Assembly (NCBI RefSeq): GCF_006345805.1
Contig: NC_043004.1
Span: 8,370,001 to 8,434,000, forward strand
Reading direction: 5' to 3'
Source of the DNA: Octopus sinensis
Taxonomy: Eukaryota
Length of the DNA: 64,000 bases
Shown here: piece after piece, positions 24,242-37,199 of the stretch
Position numbering within the stretch: the stretch's first letter is position 1
Layout: each line of letters opens with the position of its first letter
Notes under the pieces: generated by a model
Database searches by the model: none
Told to the model about the DNA's origin: nothing
The model's input: only the letters and a program-made list of their open reading frames with translations
Translations under genes and position numbers: made by a program

Positions 24242-25835
24242 GTCAGTATTTATTTTTATAGCGTGCTTTCACTTCACTACCGAGCGCAGCTCTGTGTGCC
24301 TTGGGTATGTGTTGTGATTTGTTGTGATGCTCTGATGGTTATTGTATGGAAAGTGTTCTGTGTAGGATTGTGTGCAGTGCCTAGTAATGCAACTTCCTGT
24401 ATGTTATATGTGTTTGTAAGTCCTGGTGTTTTTTGTTATGTATTTGTCTGAATATTTTTATCATGGCCTAATGCAACCTACTATGATAGGAATTGTTTCT
24501 GTTTTCAGATTCCACATTCTAGTTACCTCTATTTCCAGGTCTTTGTATTTTGAGAGTTTCTCCATTTCTTTTAGAGACACGTTGTCATTGCCGCGTATAT
24601 TGATACATCAATTAGAAAGCATTTTTTTCCTTCATGATCTCTGACAGCTATATCTGGCCTGTTGGCCTTAATTTCTCTATCTGTGTGTATCGGCATATGC
24701 CAGAGTATGGTTGTTTTCTCGTTTTCTGTGACCTTTCTGGGTGTGTGCCTATACCATCTTTTTCTGTTGTTATTCCATAATGTTGGCATAGCTTCCAATG
24801 TATGTAGGTTCCAACTTTGTCATGTCTGTGAATATATTCCTTCTTAGCTAGGACTGGGCAGCTAGAGATAATATGATTATTGTTTCTTGTCCATCTCCAC
24901 ATATTCTGCAGTTACTTGTTATATTTATTTTTATTACATGTTTTGGTAATTTCTGGTGGGGGAGCTTTGGTCTTGTGCTGCAATTAAAAAATCCCTCTTT
25001 CTGCTTTGACTCCTGAGCTTCTCAACCATTGCTGGGATTTTTCTTTGTCTATTTCTTTTGCGTTTAGTTTAGTCCAGTATTTACCATGAAGGGGCTTTTC
25101 TTGCCATCGTTTTATCATGGTTCGTTGCTGTTCTATTTAGTTTGGATTTCATTTGTTTTATAGCTTTTGTTGTTTCTTCATCATCTTCTTCTTCTTCTTC
25201 ATATTTTTTGGTGGTATAATTTCTTGTTTGTATTGTGTCAGCTTCCTTAAATACTGAGAACAGTTTTTTTGTTTTGCTCGTGTTTTGTCGCTATTTGTAT
25301 CAGTTTTCCTTCCTTCCGAAGTAGATATTTTTGCAGTCCTATGGTGTTATTTATAGTAGTTTTCCAATGTATAAGGCCTCTACCACCTTCTATACGTTGT
25401 ATATATAGTCTTTCTATGTCAGATTTTGGGTGATGCATCCTAGATCCTGTCATTATTTTCTTTGTTTCCTATCTATTTTGGTCAGTTCATTTCGTGTCCA
25501 GTTAAGGATATTGTAGCTGTAACTTATACTGGGACAGCTAAAGTGTTAATACCTATTATCTTGTTTTTAGCATTGAGCTCTGTTTTTAGTATTGATCTAA
25601 TCGTCTATAATATTCTTTTTTTATTTTTCCTTTCGTGTGTGTGTTGTGTCTTATCTAGTTCATGGATTCCTAAGTATTTGTAAGTTTGGCTTTGGTCTAA
25701 TTATTTTATTCATTGGTTTTATCTAGTGTGATGTTGCTACTCTTAACTAGTTTTCCTCTTTTCAGGGTAACTTTGGCGCATTTTTCTAATCCAAATTTCT
25801 AATCTATTATTTTTCTAATCCAATTTCTAATCTAT
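24241..25835 (-). mobile_element. 5'-truncated RLE-type LINE (R4/Dong-like), decayed
   Basis: MHHPKSDIERLYIQRIEGGRGL; HIISSCPVLAKKEYIHRHDKV (CCHC region); NRPDI...CFLIDVSI (PD-D nuclease); flanked by (AAT)n on both sides. Confidence 0.9.
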
Positions 25836-26077
25836 TATTATTATTATTAGTATTAGTATTATTATTAGTATTATTATTATTAGTACTATTACTATTACTA
25901 TATTATTACTATTATTGTTATTAATGTTATTATTGTTATTATTGTTATTGATATGCTATTTTTGTTGTTGTGTTGTCGTTGTCGTCGTTGTCGTTGTCGT
26001 CATCGTCGTCGTCGTCGTCGTCGTCATCATAATCATCATCGTCGTCGTCGTCATCATCATCATCATCATCATCATCA

Positions 26078-26116
<39 letters not shown>

Positions 26117-26850
26117 GAGTGAGATGCAGTGCATGCCGTCAAAGTGACACTGGGGTAAAATATACGAAGCCCAGTATACCCATCATGACTACCCGTCTGA
26201 TAAGGGTACACTAGGCACATGCATTACAACCATATGTGCCTGACATGGTGATCTCATATCAAGATAAACAGCAAATGACCTTGCAGGTGGGGCCCAGTTA
26301 GAATTTTCTTCTGGTCGAGTAACCCATCCTGCTTAAAAGGTCCCTGAATAAGGGTTGTTTAAGGATGTTGAACGAAACACCCATGTTTCCAGGGGTGAAT
26401 TATTCAAACCCCAAAGAACCCCTCTCAACACATGGCTATGATGCTCCCCCACTGCTTCTGCTCATGATCAGAGATGCACATATCGCCAGCCACTAAAGGA
26501 CATGCTCAACTGGTTACGGTCACGCCTTAACGCTACGCCGTCGACAGGTGNNNNNNNNNNNNNNNNNNNNNNNNNNNNNNNNNNNNNNNNNNNNNNNNNN
26601 NNNNNNNNNNNNNNNNNNNNNNNNNNNNNNNNNNNNNNNNNNNNNNNNNNTGTGGCTCTTCTCAGCTTCCGTTCTGCAAGCGCGTTCACAAAGCTGACTC
26701 TTGACATGTCTGCCTCCTGGCGTCACCGGCCGAGATGCGGTCTCGTGTATTTTATCAATCCTGCTCAGGCCACCGGCAGATTTGCAAATTAATCCACATT
26801 GGTTACAGATGTGACGCAAGGCTCTGTTGGGTGAGGCATTGAAGGGTTTA
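26117..26850 (-). mobile_element. LINE 3' end with C-terminal C2H2-like fingers and (AAT)n tail, spanning the gap
   Basis: CNQCGLICKSAGGLSRIDKIH and LCERACRTEA..SH resemble the finger pair of the RTE at 62880-63046; ~400 bp putative 3' UTR, then (AAT)n. Confidence 0.6.
26551..26650. other. Assembly gap (exactly 100 N)
   Basis: Direct count; the round number suggests a placeholder of unknown true size. Confidence 1.
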
Positions 26851-27167
26851 TTCGTACAGATTCATTCCAATATTTATTTTCAGACTGGTACTTCTATAAT
26901 CGGTTGCGCTTTGTCGAACCGCTAGGTTAGAGGGAATAAACAAAACATTCGACGAAGGACAAATACAAACACGGTTATTCATATTTATGTGTGTGCGCGC
27001 GATAGTGTGTGTGTGTGTGCGTGTGTATGTATGCATGTGAGTATGTATGTACTATGTGTGTATGTTTGAGCCTGTTTGTCACCCATGCCCGAGGTTTAAA
27101 AGATCACATATATATATACGCGTTTGTATGTGTGTGCGTTTGTGTGTGTGTGTTTATATATATACAT

Positions 27168-27206
<39 letters not shown>

Positions 27207-27499
27207 CACACACACACACACGCACATACTCTTGCACACATACAAACACACACATATACAATGAATAAAATGTATATAAATATATATAGATATCTACGTA
27301 CGCACATAAATACACGCATGCATGCACATATCTACGCGTATTTCTATGCATGGATGTATAGATGGATGGATGGATGGATGGATGGGTGGCTGGGTGGATG
27401 GTGTGTTGGCGTTTGTGTTACGGTATGCACATGCGAATTGATCAGTTTTTTATGACATAAACATATCCATTCGTCAAAGTTCTTTACAATATGCGCACG

Positions 27500-27544
<45 letters not shown>

Positions 27545-27874
27545 CACACACACACACATATACACATACAACGCGCACACATGCAGGTAGACAGACAGAA
27601 AAATAGATATATATACATCTACAAACTAATTTGTACAAATACATGCATACACACACAATGAAGTTCCATCTTGTCCCAACGTTCGAACGCGGAGTAGATA
27701 AAACAGGGGACAACAGATGAAGGGATTGTTCTTTATGTTGCCTGTCTCGTTTCTCTATTTGTTTCTTTCGTTGTTCAAAGAAAAGTTCACCTTCCATGTT
27801 TTTGTTTTTATGTTCTCGTTTTTCATTTTGTTCGCGTTTTTTGACGTCCTGTACACTTATATGCACGTATATAT

Positions 27875-27917
<43 letters not shown>

Positions 27918-27920
27918 ATA

Positions 27921-28216
27921 TATTAGTGAATTGAAGAAATGGAGTTGAACGAAGATTGAACAGAAATCGTTTATTGCATTCTACACTTGTTTCGAAAGCC
28001 ACAATTTACCAAATTCCGATTTGAATAAGGAGACCATATTGTGTCTTTCTCTTCAGGAAGAAATAGGAATTCCGTTGGCAAAAACAAAAACAGAACAGAG
28101 GCGCAGCAAAACAAATCGAACGAGGCTCCTAAGAGCCCATGGCCAAACCGTGTAGAATGCAATAAAACGATTTCTGTTCAATCTTCGTTCAACTCCATTT
28201 CTTCAATTCACTAATA
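27921..28216. mobile_element. 296-bp non-autonomous element with ~67-bp terminal inverted arms
   Basis: 27921-27986 is the reverse complement of 28150-28216 (2 single-base indels); left end abuts a TA tract. Confidence 0.85.
27979..28059 (-). ncRNA. Type I hammerhead ribozyme candidate
   Basis: Minus strand: ttc-CUGAAGA-gaaag.a.cacaat...attgtg.g.ctttc-GAAA-CA-AG-UG-UA-gaa. All core nucleotides and G10.1-C11.1 intact. Confidence 0.75.
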
Positions 28217-28552
28217 ATATTAAAATTCAATTATCCGCACCAACGCACGGTTGCAACACCATATGGGTGTACCTCCAACCGTGCTGTCTTCTGCTGTGAT
28301 TTTTGCTACCAAGGTATCGGTTAAACTTTTGATTAATCTGCAACAAGATTATTCATCTTTCTATTTCACCAAATATATATATATATATATATATACTATA
28401 TATATATAATATTGTAATATATATGTAGGTATGTACATACACCCACACACACACACCACACACAATATAATATATATATATGTATGTATATATATATGTA
28501 TATATATATATATGTCTATATATATATATATATGTAGGTATGTACATACACA

Positions 28553-28583
<31 letters not shown>

Positions 28584-29994
28584 CATAATATAATATATAT
28601 ATATATATACACATATATATATATGTATATATATGTAGGTATGTACATATATGTATATATATATGCATATATATATTATTTATACTATATATATATGTGT
28701 GTGTGTGTGTATACACACACACACATATAGATGTACGTATATACACACATTAATATCTGCATACACTATGTATTTGTATGTTTGTGCGTAGTGTGTTTGT
28801 TATGTGTGCATATATGTGAGTATGTGTGTGTGTGTGCGCGCGCATACACTGGCCCTACCACGTTAATTGAAGCCGAAAAGAGTGTGGGGTATCCTTTACT
28901 ACTTCTACTTCAACCCGTTCCTCTTCCTATAAACTCCGTTTCACGATGGCCAACAAACGAGAGAGACAGAAACGTCAAGGAAAATCTTGTTAGAAGGATG
29001 TCAACAACTCTCTTACTTTACAGTGGACCGGCTGAAATAACTTGTTAGCGACAATAACCGTATCGAATTTCGGCGCAGTGAATACGACACCCTTACTTTA
29101 TTAACAACCGTTTTGGTGGCAGGCAGTTGGTTAATAGACAGATAACTAGCAGTCTAACTTGTCTTTGTACTACCGCCCAAGCATTGTGTGTTCGTGTCGC
29201 TGTTAATGTTTGTTGTTTGTGGAATATACTAATTGCCAGCCATCTATCCGTTGTAACGGCTCTATTAACAAAGTATCTTTCCTTGGCGTTTCCTTTTAAG
29301 AAGAAGAAGCAACGGGAGCGAGTGTTTATTTTCTTTGGATTTAAACTAATCACTACAAGGTAAAGAAAGCACTCGTTCATTAAACATCAGTCCACTTCCT
29401 GCACCAGTCAATTGTTACATTTTTACAGAATACCATCTCTGGTGCCAGTGGCGAAAACAAATCAAGAACTGACCCAATAGATTGAGTCTTCGCCATTGAC
29501 ACGATGCCGCTTGTGAGAAAACTCAAACCATTTGGGTTCCACAGAATAGAATTATGAATTCTTGGTGTTATTTTGACACCAAATGATTCATTGAATTTTG
29601 ATTGACAATGACGTGCTGTGGCTTTCATGCTTGTTTATGGTTAAGCCGGAGGAAGAAGAATTGCGCTCTTAATGTTTTCCGACATCGGTGGGAGGAAAGA
29701 GCTCCATAACAGACCTCCAAGGATCTGCAGACGATCTTAAACTGGGTGATGGTCAGGTCACACACTTAAAAGCAGATACATTCAACGGGCTTCCACTCAC
29801 GTGGCTATAGCGGAAGAAACTTTACAAAGATTTGAACCAGCATAAACTAACTGCAAAATACGTGTTGCGAAGCAAACTTCTTCACACAGCCATTTCAATG
29901 TTGAAAAGGAAATGAAACAGTTTTTGACTCGGGGTGTAAATTTACTTATATTTGAATCCGTTGATTAACATCACTCACCTTATATATAATTGCT

Positions 29995-30530
29995 ACAATA
30001 GACACAAGGCCTGAAATTGGGTGGACAGGGATAGTCGATTACATCGACCCCAGTACGCAGCTGGTACTTAATTTTTTTACCCCGAAAGGATGAAAAGCAA
30101 AGTCGACCTCGGCGGAATTTGAACTCACAACGTAAAGACAGACAAAATACATATTTGTTTACTGCCCACAAGGGACTACACACTGAGGGGACAAACAAGG
30201 ACAGACAAACGGATTAAGTCGATTACATCGATCCCAGTGCATAACTGGTACTTATTTAATCGACCCCGAAGGGATGAAAGGCAGTCGACCTCGGCGGAAT
30301 TTGAACTCAGAACGTAAAGCCAGACGAAATACCTATTTCTTTACTACCCACAAGGGGCTAAAGGATTAAGTCGATTATATCGACTCCAGTGCGTAACTGG
30401 TAATTATTTAATCGACCTGGAAAGGATGAAAGGCAAAGTCGACCTCGGCGGAATTTGAACTCAGAAATGTAGCGGCAGACGAAATACCGCTAAGCATTTC
30501 GCCCGGCGTGCTTAACGATTCTGCCACCTC
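29995..30530 (-). mobile_element. SINE family C multimer (one head, three cores)
   Basis: The core gtatttcgtctg...gttcaaattccgccgaggtcgac...tttcatcc...gtcgat...tcgact occurs three times in tandem. Confidence 0.9.
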
Positions 30531-32024
30531 GCTGCCTTACTGACCTCGTATATAAAATATTCCATGATGCTATCCTGGTTTATTTTTGGTATTTTTCGGT
30601 AATGGTGTTGTATTTTCCACTGAAATTTACTCCATCTACTCGTTTCCGGATCTGTTTGGTGATAGAATTATTATTAGGTTTTTCTTTCTGGTGTTGTCGA
30701 TCTTACCGTAAACATATTTATCGAAGAAAGACATAAACATTACTGATACTTCTCTGTCGATGGCGAACAATTGTCGTGAAGTCATCGTACCTTATCTAAC
30801 GTCATCATCAGAATGATCAGAACAAAACAAGTTCAACTTGAAATACAAAGTACAAAGCTTGCTGCATCTTGCTCTTGCCGAAGCTTTCGGATTCTTAACC
30901 TGAAGTTAATAAGATGAATACCAGACACACGTTTTGGTGGACTTAATTAGTTATGGCATTCTTTCTCTAAACGTTTGGTCAATGTAAAAAGGAACATCAT
31001 TGACCATAGAGCTTCAGTTTATCTTGTTAAGTTATTCTTTAATGTAATTCAGCAGATGGAATAAAAAGCCCATTTTTGATTGCTGAACATCCTACCATAA
31101 CTACAGAGTGGCCATGCAACAAATAAAATCACTAGAGTTGTATGCTAATATAGGTACCATACCAAAACATAACATAGGTACCAAACTAAAACCCAATATT
31201 TAAAATTAAAATATTTCACTGATTATAATCAGTATCCATCTTTTGGCGAAATGAAGTCATTTATTTGAAATACTAGACTTTTGGCAAATTTTAAAATGTT
31301 CATTCTCTCAGCCTCGAACAAAAGATTCTCTCATTGTTCTCTGGTTGGGATTTTAGGTTCAAGAAACCAAAACCAATGCCTGTAGGAACTTTGGATAATT
31401 TTAAAAGTACTGCTAAGTTGTTTAGATTCAGATTGTCTTAATGTTTTGTCACAAAAATAGTTTTACAAAAACAAAAACAATCTGTTCAGAAGTTAGCCAA
31501 GATTCTGCTAGCCATGTGACACAAAAAATCGCAAGGCCTATCTTTAGGCATGGAACACTGTTTTATAGAATAAGACTAATATGCAATAAAGATATAACTA
31601 CTGCAAAAACATATTTCAATAAAGGATTGCATTAATTTGGAATTAACGAGCTTATAACATCAGTTTACGGAAACTCCTTATTAATTTTTGCACTGACCAT
31701 AGTTCAAATGTAAACAAACAGTGATTCAATGAAGTCATCTAACATCTTAAATATCTATGGTTGTACAAATGCTTTAGTCATGTTCACAATGCAAAGTAAA
31801 TATTCCCCTGCTGCCTACGAACATGTTCTTGTGATTTTAAACCACGAAAGTGAAGCAGATGAATAGTTCACGTCAACTGATTTGCTCGAGGGTCGTAATC
31901 AAACAAACATTTAATATCGATCAAACCAAAATTTTGGTCCGATTTTGAGTCATTAAAATATCGACGAGTAATTCCTTACTTGAGTATTTCTTTCTAAATC
32001 AAGAGGATTATTTACTAAATAGAC

Positions 32025-32118
32025 CAATAGTACCAAATACGTCAATAGTACCAAATAGGTCAATAGTACCAAATAAATCAATAGTACCAAATAAGTCAAT
32101 GGTACCCAATAAGTCAAC
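32025..32118. repeat. 18-bp minisatellite, ~5.2 copies
   Basis: Unit caatagtaccaaataNgt. Confidence 0.95.
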
Positions 32119-32985
32119 ACAATTTAAATCAGTTCATTGCCTTGACACTTTGACGTCGCTATTTTTTTTTTGTCATTTCACTGTTTGGCGCCCCTTGGAA
32201 ACGTCTCTTGGAGATGCTTCTTAAAGACGCCTCTTAATCCCCGGTGCAATGATCTGGCAGACTGATATGAAAGCTGGCATTAACGACGATGCTACATTCT
32301 TTCCAAGAGGCTTACGTGGCTGATCCGAACAACTTTCAACAAGTAATGGACGCCAGGTGAGAGAACCATATCACGAAAAAAAAAAAAAAAAAAAAGAAGT
32401 GATGTACCATATTGATGAAATATCACTTTGATAATAAATGAATTCAGAATGATATACAGAGACTGTATTTATCGGGAGCTGGCGAAAGGGGCTGTCCATT
32501 TAGTAGAAACGTCCTTTAGGAGTGAAGTGTTGATTTATCTGAGTGTTGTCAACCATCAGCTATAAACCTGGTCTGTGTCCAGGCGCCGGACGCCATTATC
32601 TAAACTGTACTTTACAGAAGACTTAAAACTCTCAGACGAATGGCGGCTAAACAAATGGATGAGAGATTATTGCGATAACGTTTGTAGTGTTTTTGTTGAA
32701 ATGTTGGAACTTAGAGACGACAGACAAAAATCAAATTCTCACAAGCGCCCAACTGGCACGCTCTCCAGTTTCGAATAATTACGCATATTCATGTGTCTAA
32801 AAATGGAAGTATTTATAATTTATGTATTCACATTCGCGAAGATGTACATGAAACAAACCGCTTATACACGCATACACATATGCACATAAATGCTTACATA
32901 CATACTCACAGATAGACGACATATTCATATGTAAGTAAATGTTGTGTGTGTTTATATATAATATGTGACAATTAGTTGGTTGTCA

Positions 32986-33048
32986 TAATAAAACTCAGAG
33001 TTTCGGATACCGGGACTGAAGTCTGCTGTGGCATCTCATCAGTTATAA
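32986..33048 (-). ncRNA. Type I hammerhead ribozyme candidate
   Basis: Minus strand: ttataa-CUGAUGA-gaugcc...gguauc-c-GAAA-CUC.U.GAG-UU-ttatta. Confidence 0.7.
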
Positions 33049-33150
33049 AGACAAAACGCCATTTTACAGAATATCGAGGTCATTCATTCTTTTGTTGTCA
33101 TATTATTATTATAAATAATATATATATATATTATATATATATATATATAT

Positions 33151-33268
33151 AGCCTGCTCGCTTAGCCAGCGGGGTGGCGTCGTTTCAAGGCTAAAACAAT
33201 GCAAACGCATTGTGACCAGCGATGTGTGGCAACATCTGATGGTCTGGTCGGTCACGTGATCACGTGAT
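33151..33268 (+). mobile_element. Solo copy of the alternative SINE 3' module
   Basis: Matches ~21985-22100; flanked by (TA)n. Confidence 0.8.
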
Positions 33269-33695
33269 ATATATATATAATATATATATGCATTTAAGTA
33301 TATAGATATAAATGCAGACTCACATACATGCGTAAATATTTCACACATACACATACATACAGACAGACATGCACATACACACACAAACACATATATACAT
33401 ACATACAGACATACATACACATATGCTTGCACGCACGCTCGCATACACACACATACACACTACACGCGTAAGCCATTTCAAGAGGACGTCAAAATTAAAC
33501 AATACTCGTGCTTTTCATTATTACTGGTGAAGATGTTTCGCTGGCAGAAAGACAAAGGAAGCCTCACTGATTAGCGTTGTCTCTGCTCACTGCAGCGTCA
33601 TTGGTGCAGTGGAAGAGCGAAAGAAATAATCATTGCCAGGCGGAACCATGAGACACTTTGGCGTCACTTTGCATGTATATAACCAATGTTCATTC

Positions 33696-33763
<68 letters not shown>

Positions 33764-34355
33764 CTCATTCTCACATACAAACTCATATAACATATATTTG
33801 TATACACGAGTATGTATGTGATAGTGAGCACTCATACCTGTTAAACGGATAAATCATATCTCAATGTAACGATATCTTATACTTTATTTTGATATGTAAT
33901 GCAAATAATACACACACACACACATCATATCAGTATGAACGTATGTATGTGTGTATATATAAAGTTTATATAAAATACAATACAATGTAATACATATGGT
34001 ATATATATATATATTGTTTCCCGTTTGGATTAAAATTATACCACTGCGCGCCTACACGGACCCCTTGTACCTTGGATACCAATTCCCGGATTTTTTGCAC
34101 CTACGGATTATTGTTACCATTCTTCCTGACCTACGGATCACCCGCAACCTTCTTCCGGAGTACCGCCATTACCGTGATTGAAAATCATTACCTAATCTGT
34201 CCGTTGACTCTCAAATCTCTTTCCTGACTTTTTTCAACTTTGTTATATGTTTTCAAACCGTCTTCACCCTTTTTCTTCTTTTGTTGTTTCCTGTTGTCTC
34301 TCCTTTTTCCTGTTTCGCCACCACCCACCTTTACCTGTTTGCCACCACTTTCATC

Positions 34356-37175
34356 ATGCCTGACTTGCACTCGTTCGTCCAACACCTTCAATCCCTCCTC
34401 AGCCGCTACCTCGCGTTCTTCCCCCCACAATGTTCCGCACCTGCTATAAAACTTTCCCGCTTGCTTTTTAAGAAAACCCGCCATTCTAGTCATCTTTCCT
34501 TCTTAGCCGGTGCCTCCGCCATCATGTCACACCCCGCGGTTTCCTCTTGAAGTTCCACGCTACCCCCTATTCCTCCCCTTCATCGAACCACCCTCGCTCG
34601 TACCTCCCGCTCCCTCCTCCGCGCCACCATCCGCTCCACCCGCCCCCTCCGACTCCCTCGACCATCAACTCCCCAGGCCTACCTCCTTCTCTCCGCCCTC
34701 TGCCCTCCACTCTTCACCCAACCTATCCTCCGCTTCATCTTAATCTCAACCACCAACTCTACAACTACCTCACACACACAAAAAACAAAAAACTCCACTC
34801 CTCCTCAACCCCTCACCCCCTTCCCCATCCTCCCCCATTGTTCCCCCCCTCCTTCGCACCTACCCCACCCTTCCACGGACCCCCCCACCGTGACTTCCTA
34901 CGCCTAACCCATCTTCACCCAACCACCCCTACCCTCCCCTTCACACCCCTGCACCCCCTCCGCCTGCCCCTAGTCCTCTCACCACCCCGCTTCCTCGCGC
35001 TGTTGTCACTATACCCCCAACCTCCCCCTCTCCGCCGCTGAGCGCTCCCTCCTCAGTAAGGGTCTCCGCTTGACGCCACTCACGCGCCACTGTGATGAGT
35101 TCGAGACTCGGGCGGACGTCAACTGTTCCTGCGCCGCCTCAAACTTTGCGCATACTACCACGCGTCCCCGCAGCGTCACAACAATCAGGATTGCCTTTTG
35201 GAGCTGGGGCGTCGTCCATCCATCTGGACGCCGCCCCCAGGCCTTTTCAGTAGCCTAGATTCGTTTGTACATGACTGCAACGCTTTGGTCCACCGTTTCA
35301 ACTTTGAACCAAGACCCGCCGAGCCAACCTCACTCGGGCCGAATCCATTGCCCTTCGCCACCTCCGCCGTCGTGATGACATTGTCATCAAACCGGCGGAC
35401 AAAGGCGGGGCAGTGGTAGTGTGGCGCGCGGACCTATACAGGGAGGAAGCGCTCAACCAGCTTCAAAATCCCCTCTTCTATCGCCTCCTCCCCTCCGATC
35501 CCACCTCCTCCTACCAACAGCGAGTGTCCTCCACCATCCACGACCTCATCTCCTCCTCCGCTCTCCCCCTCACCGCCACCAACCTCATCGTCCGCACACC
35601 CCGCACCTCCACCATCTACTTCCTTCCCAAGATCCATAAACCCTCTAACCCTGGCCGTCCCATAGTCTCTGCCTGTAATTGCCCCACTGAACTCATCTCC
35701 CTATACCTCGACCGCATCCTGTCCCCCTTAGTCGCAGCCCTCCCATCCCACATACACGACACAACCACGCCCTCCGTCTCTTCAATTCCTTTTCCTTCCC
35801 TTCCAGCCCCTCACACCTCCTCTTCACCTTAGATGTAAAATCCCTGTACACAGTGATTCCACAATGACGGTCTCCTAGCCCTCCAAACTTCCTCGACCGT
35901 CGTCCCGACCCCACCCCCAGCACCCCCACCTTCTCCGTTTGGCTGAGCTCGTCCTACCCTCAATTGCTTCACGTTCGCCGGGGAAACGTACCAACAGGTG
36001 TCCGGGGTCGCGATGGGAACTAGGATGGGCCCCAATTTCGCCAATCTCTTTCTTGGCTACATTGAGGCCCAAGTGTTCTCCCAGTTCTCTGGGCCGACCC
36101 CCGAACTATACGGTCGCTATATCGACGACTGCGTAGGTGCCACCTCCCTTTCCGTGAACTTCTCTGCCAATTCATCTCTTTCCTTTCCAACTTTCACCCT
36201 CTCTTCAATTCACCTCCACCATCTCCAACACCTCTGTCAACTTCCTTGACATCTCTCTCCGCATCGATCACCCCTCCAGCTCTCTCACCACCACCGCCTT
36301 CTTTAAACCTACGGATTCCCACCTCTATCTCAACTTCTCTTCCTCCCACCCCTTCCACACCAAACGAGCCATCCCCTACTCCCAGTTCCTCCGCCTCCGA
36401 CGTTTGTGCAGCCGCGACCAGGATTTCGAGACCCAATCTCAATACCTGGCCCGCATGTTCAGACTCCGAGGTTACCCACCCATACTCCTCTCTGATGCCC
36501 TCACCCGCGCCCGTCGCATCGACCGCCACTACCGCCCTGTCTCCCCCCCGCCCACCCCCCAACCGCACGCCCCTTCCCCCTCCTTTTCCACCCCTCTACC
36601 CTACCCCTTCGTCGCAAGATACTACGTGCCTTCCGTCGCCTCCAGCTTGATCCCACCACCCGCCCCATTTTCCCTAACCCACCCCTGTCCTCTTTCAAAC
36701 GAGCCCGCAATCTGCGTGACCTCCTGGTCCACAGCACCCTCTCTCCTCCCCCTCAGCCCCACACGGATCATTCCTTGCTCTAGATCCCGCTGCAACACTT
36801 GCCCTTCATCACCAACACCACCGCTGTCACCGGCTCCAACCTGCATACTGTACGCATTAGGCACTCTTTTACGTGCACCTCGTCTGGCCTTATTTACTGC
36901 ATTAAATGCAACCTATGCGGGATGCTGTATGTAGGACAGACGGGACGCCGGTTGTCCGACGTTTCACTGAACACTTGAGGGACGTTCGCCTACACTCTTT
37001 TTCTCCCGTCGCACGCCACTTCCGCTCGGCCGGCCATTCCCTAGATGACATCTCAGTGTTTGGTCTCGCCCCCCACAATGGTCGCCCACTTTCCAGGCTC
37101 CACTTGGAGCAACGCTACATCTTCACCCTACAAACTACCACCCCACACGGACTTAACACAGCCCCCTCCTCTTGA
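34356..37175 (+). pseudogene. PLE reverse transcriptase + GIY-YIG endonuclease, many apparent 1-nt deletions
   Basis: IKPADKG, YFLPKIHKPSNPGRPIVS, LDVKSLYT, GVAMGTRMGPNFANLF, RYIDD, CSRSRCNTC, LIYCIKCNLCGMLYVGQTG...RFTEH, GLN. Confidence 0.95.
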
Positions 37176-37199
37176 GATCCGTTTTTTTTTTTCCGGACA

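Noticed and set aside
23284-24261. 325-aa hydrophobic + strand ORF
   Set aside because: Half is (ATT)n/(CAT)n; the rest is antisense to a more natural-looking minus-strand frame.
29380-29930. THAP or transposase-like reading (HFYRIP..., QWRKQI...)
   Set aside because: Motifs are scattered across frames with stops and are too weak to support a call.
32200-32360. Exon ending at ccag|gtgaga
   Set aside because: All three frames contain stops shortly upstream and there is no clear acceptor.
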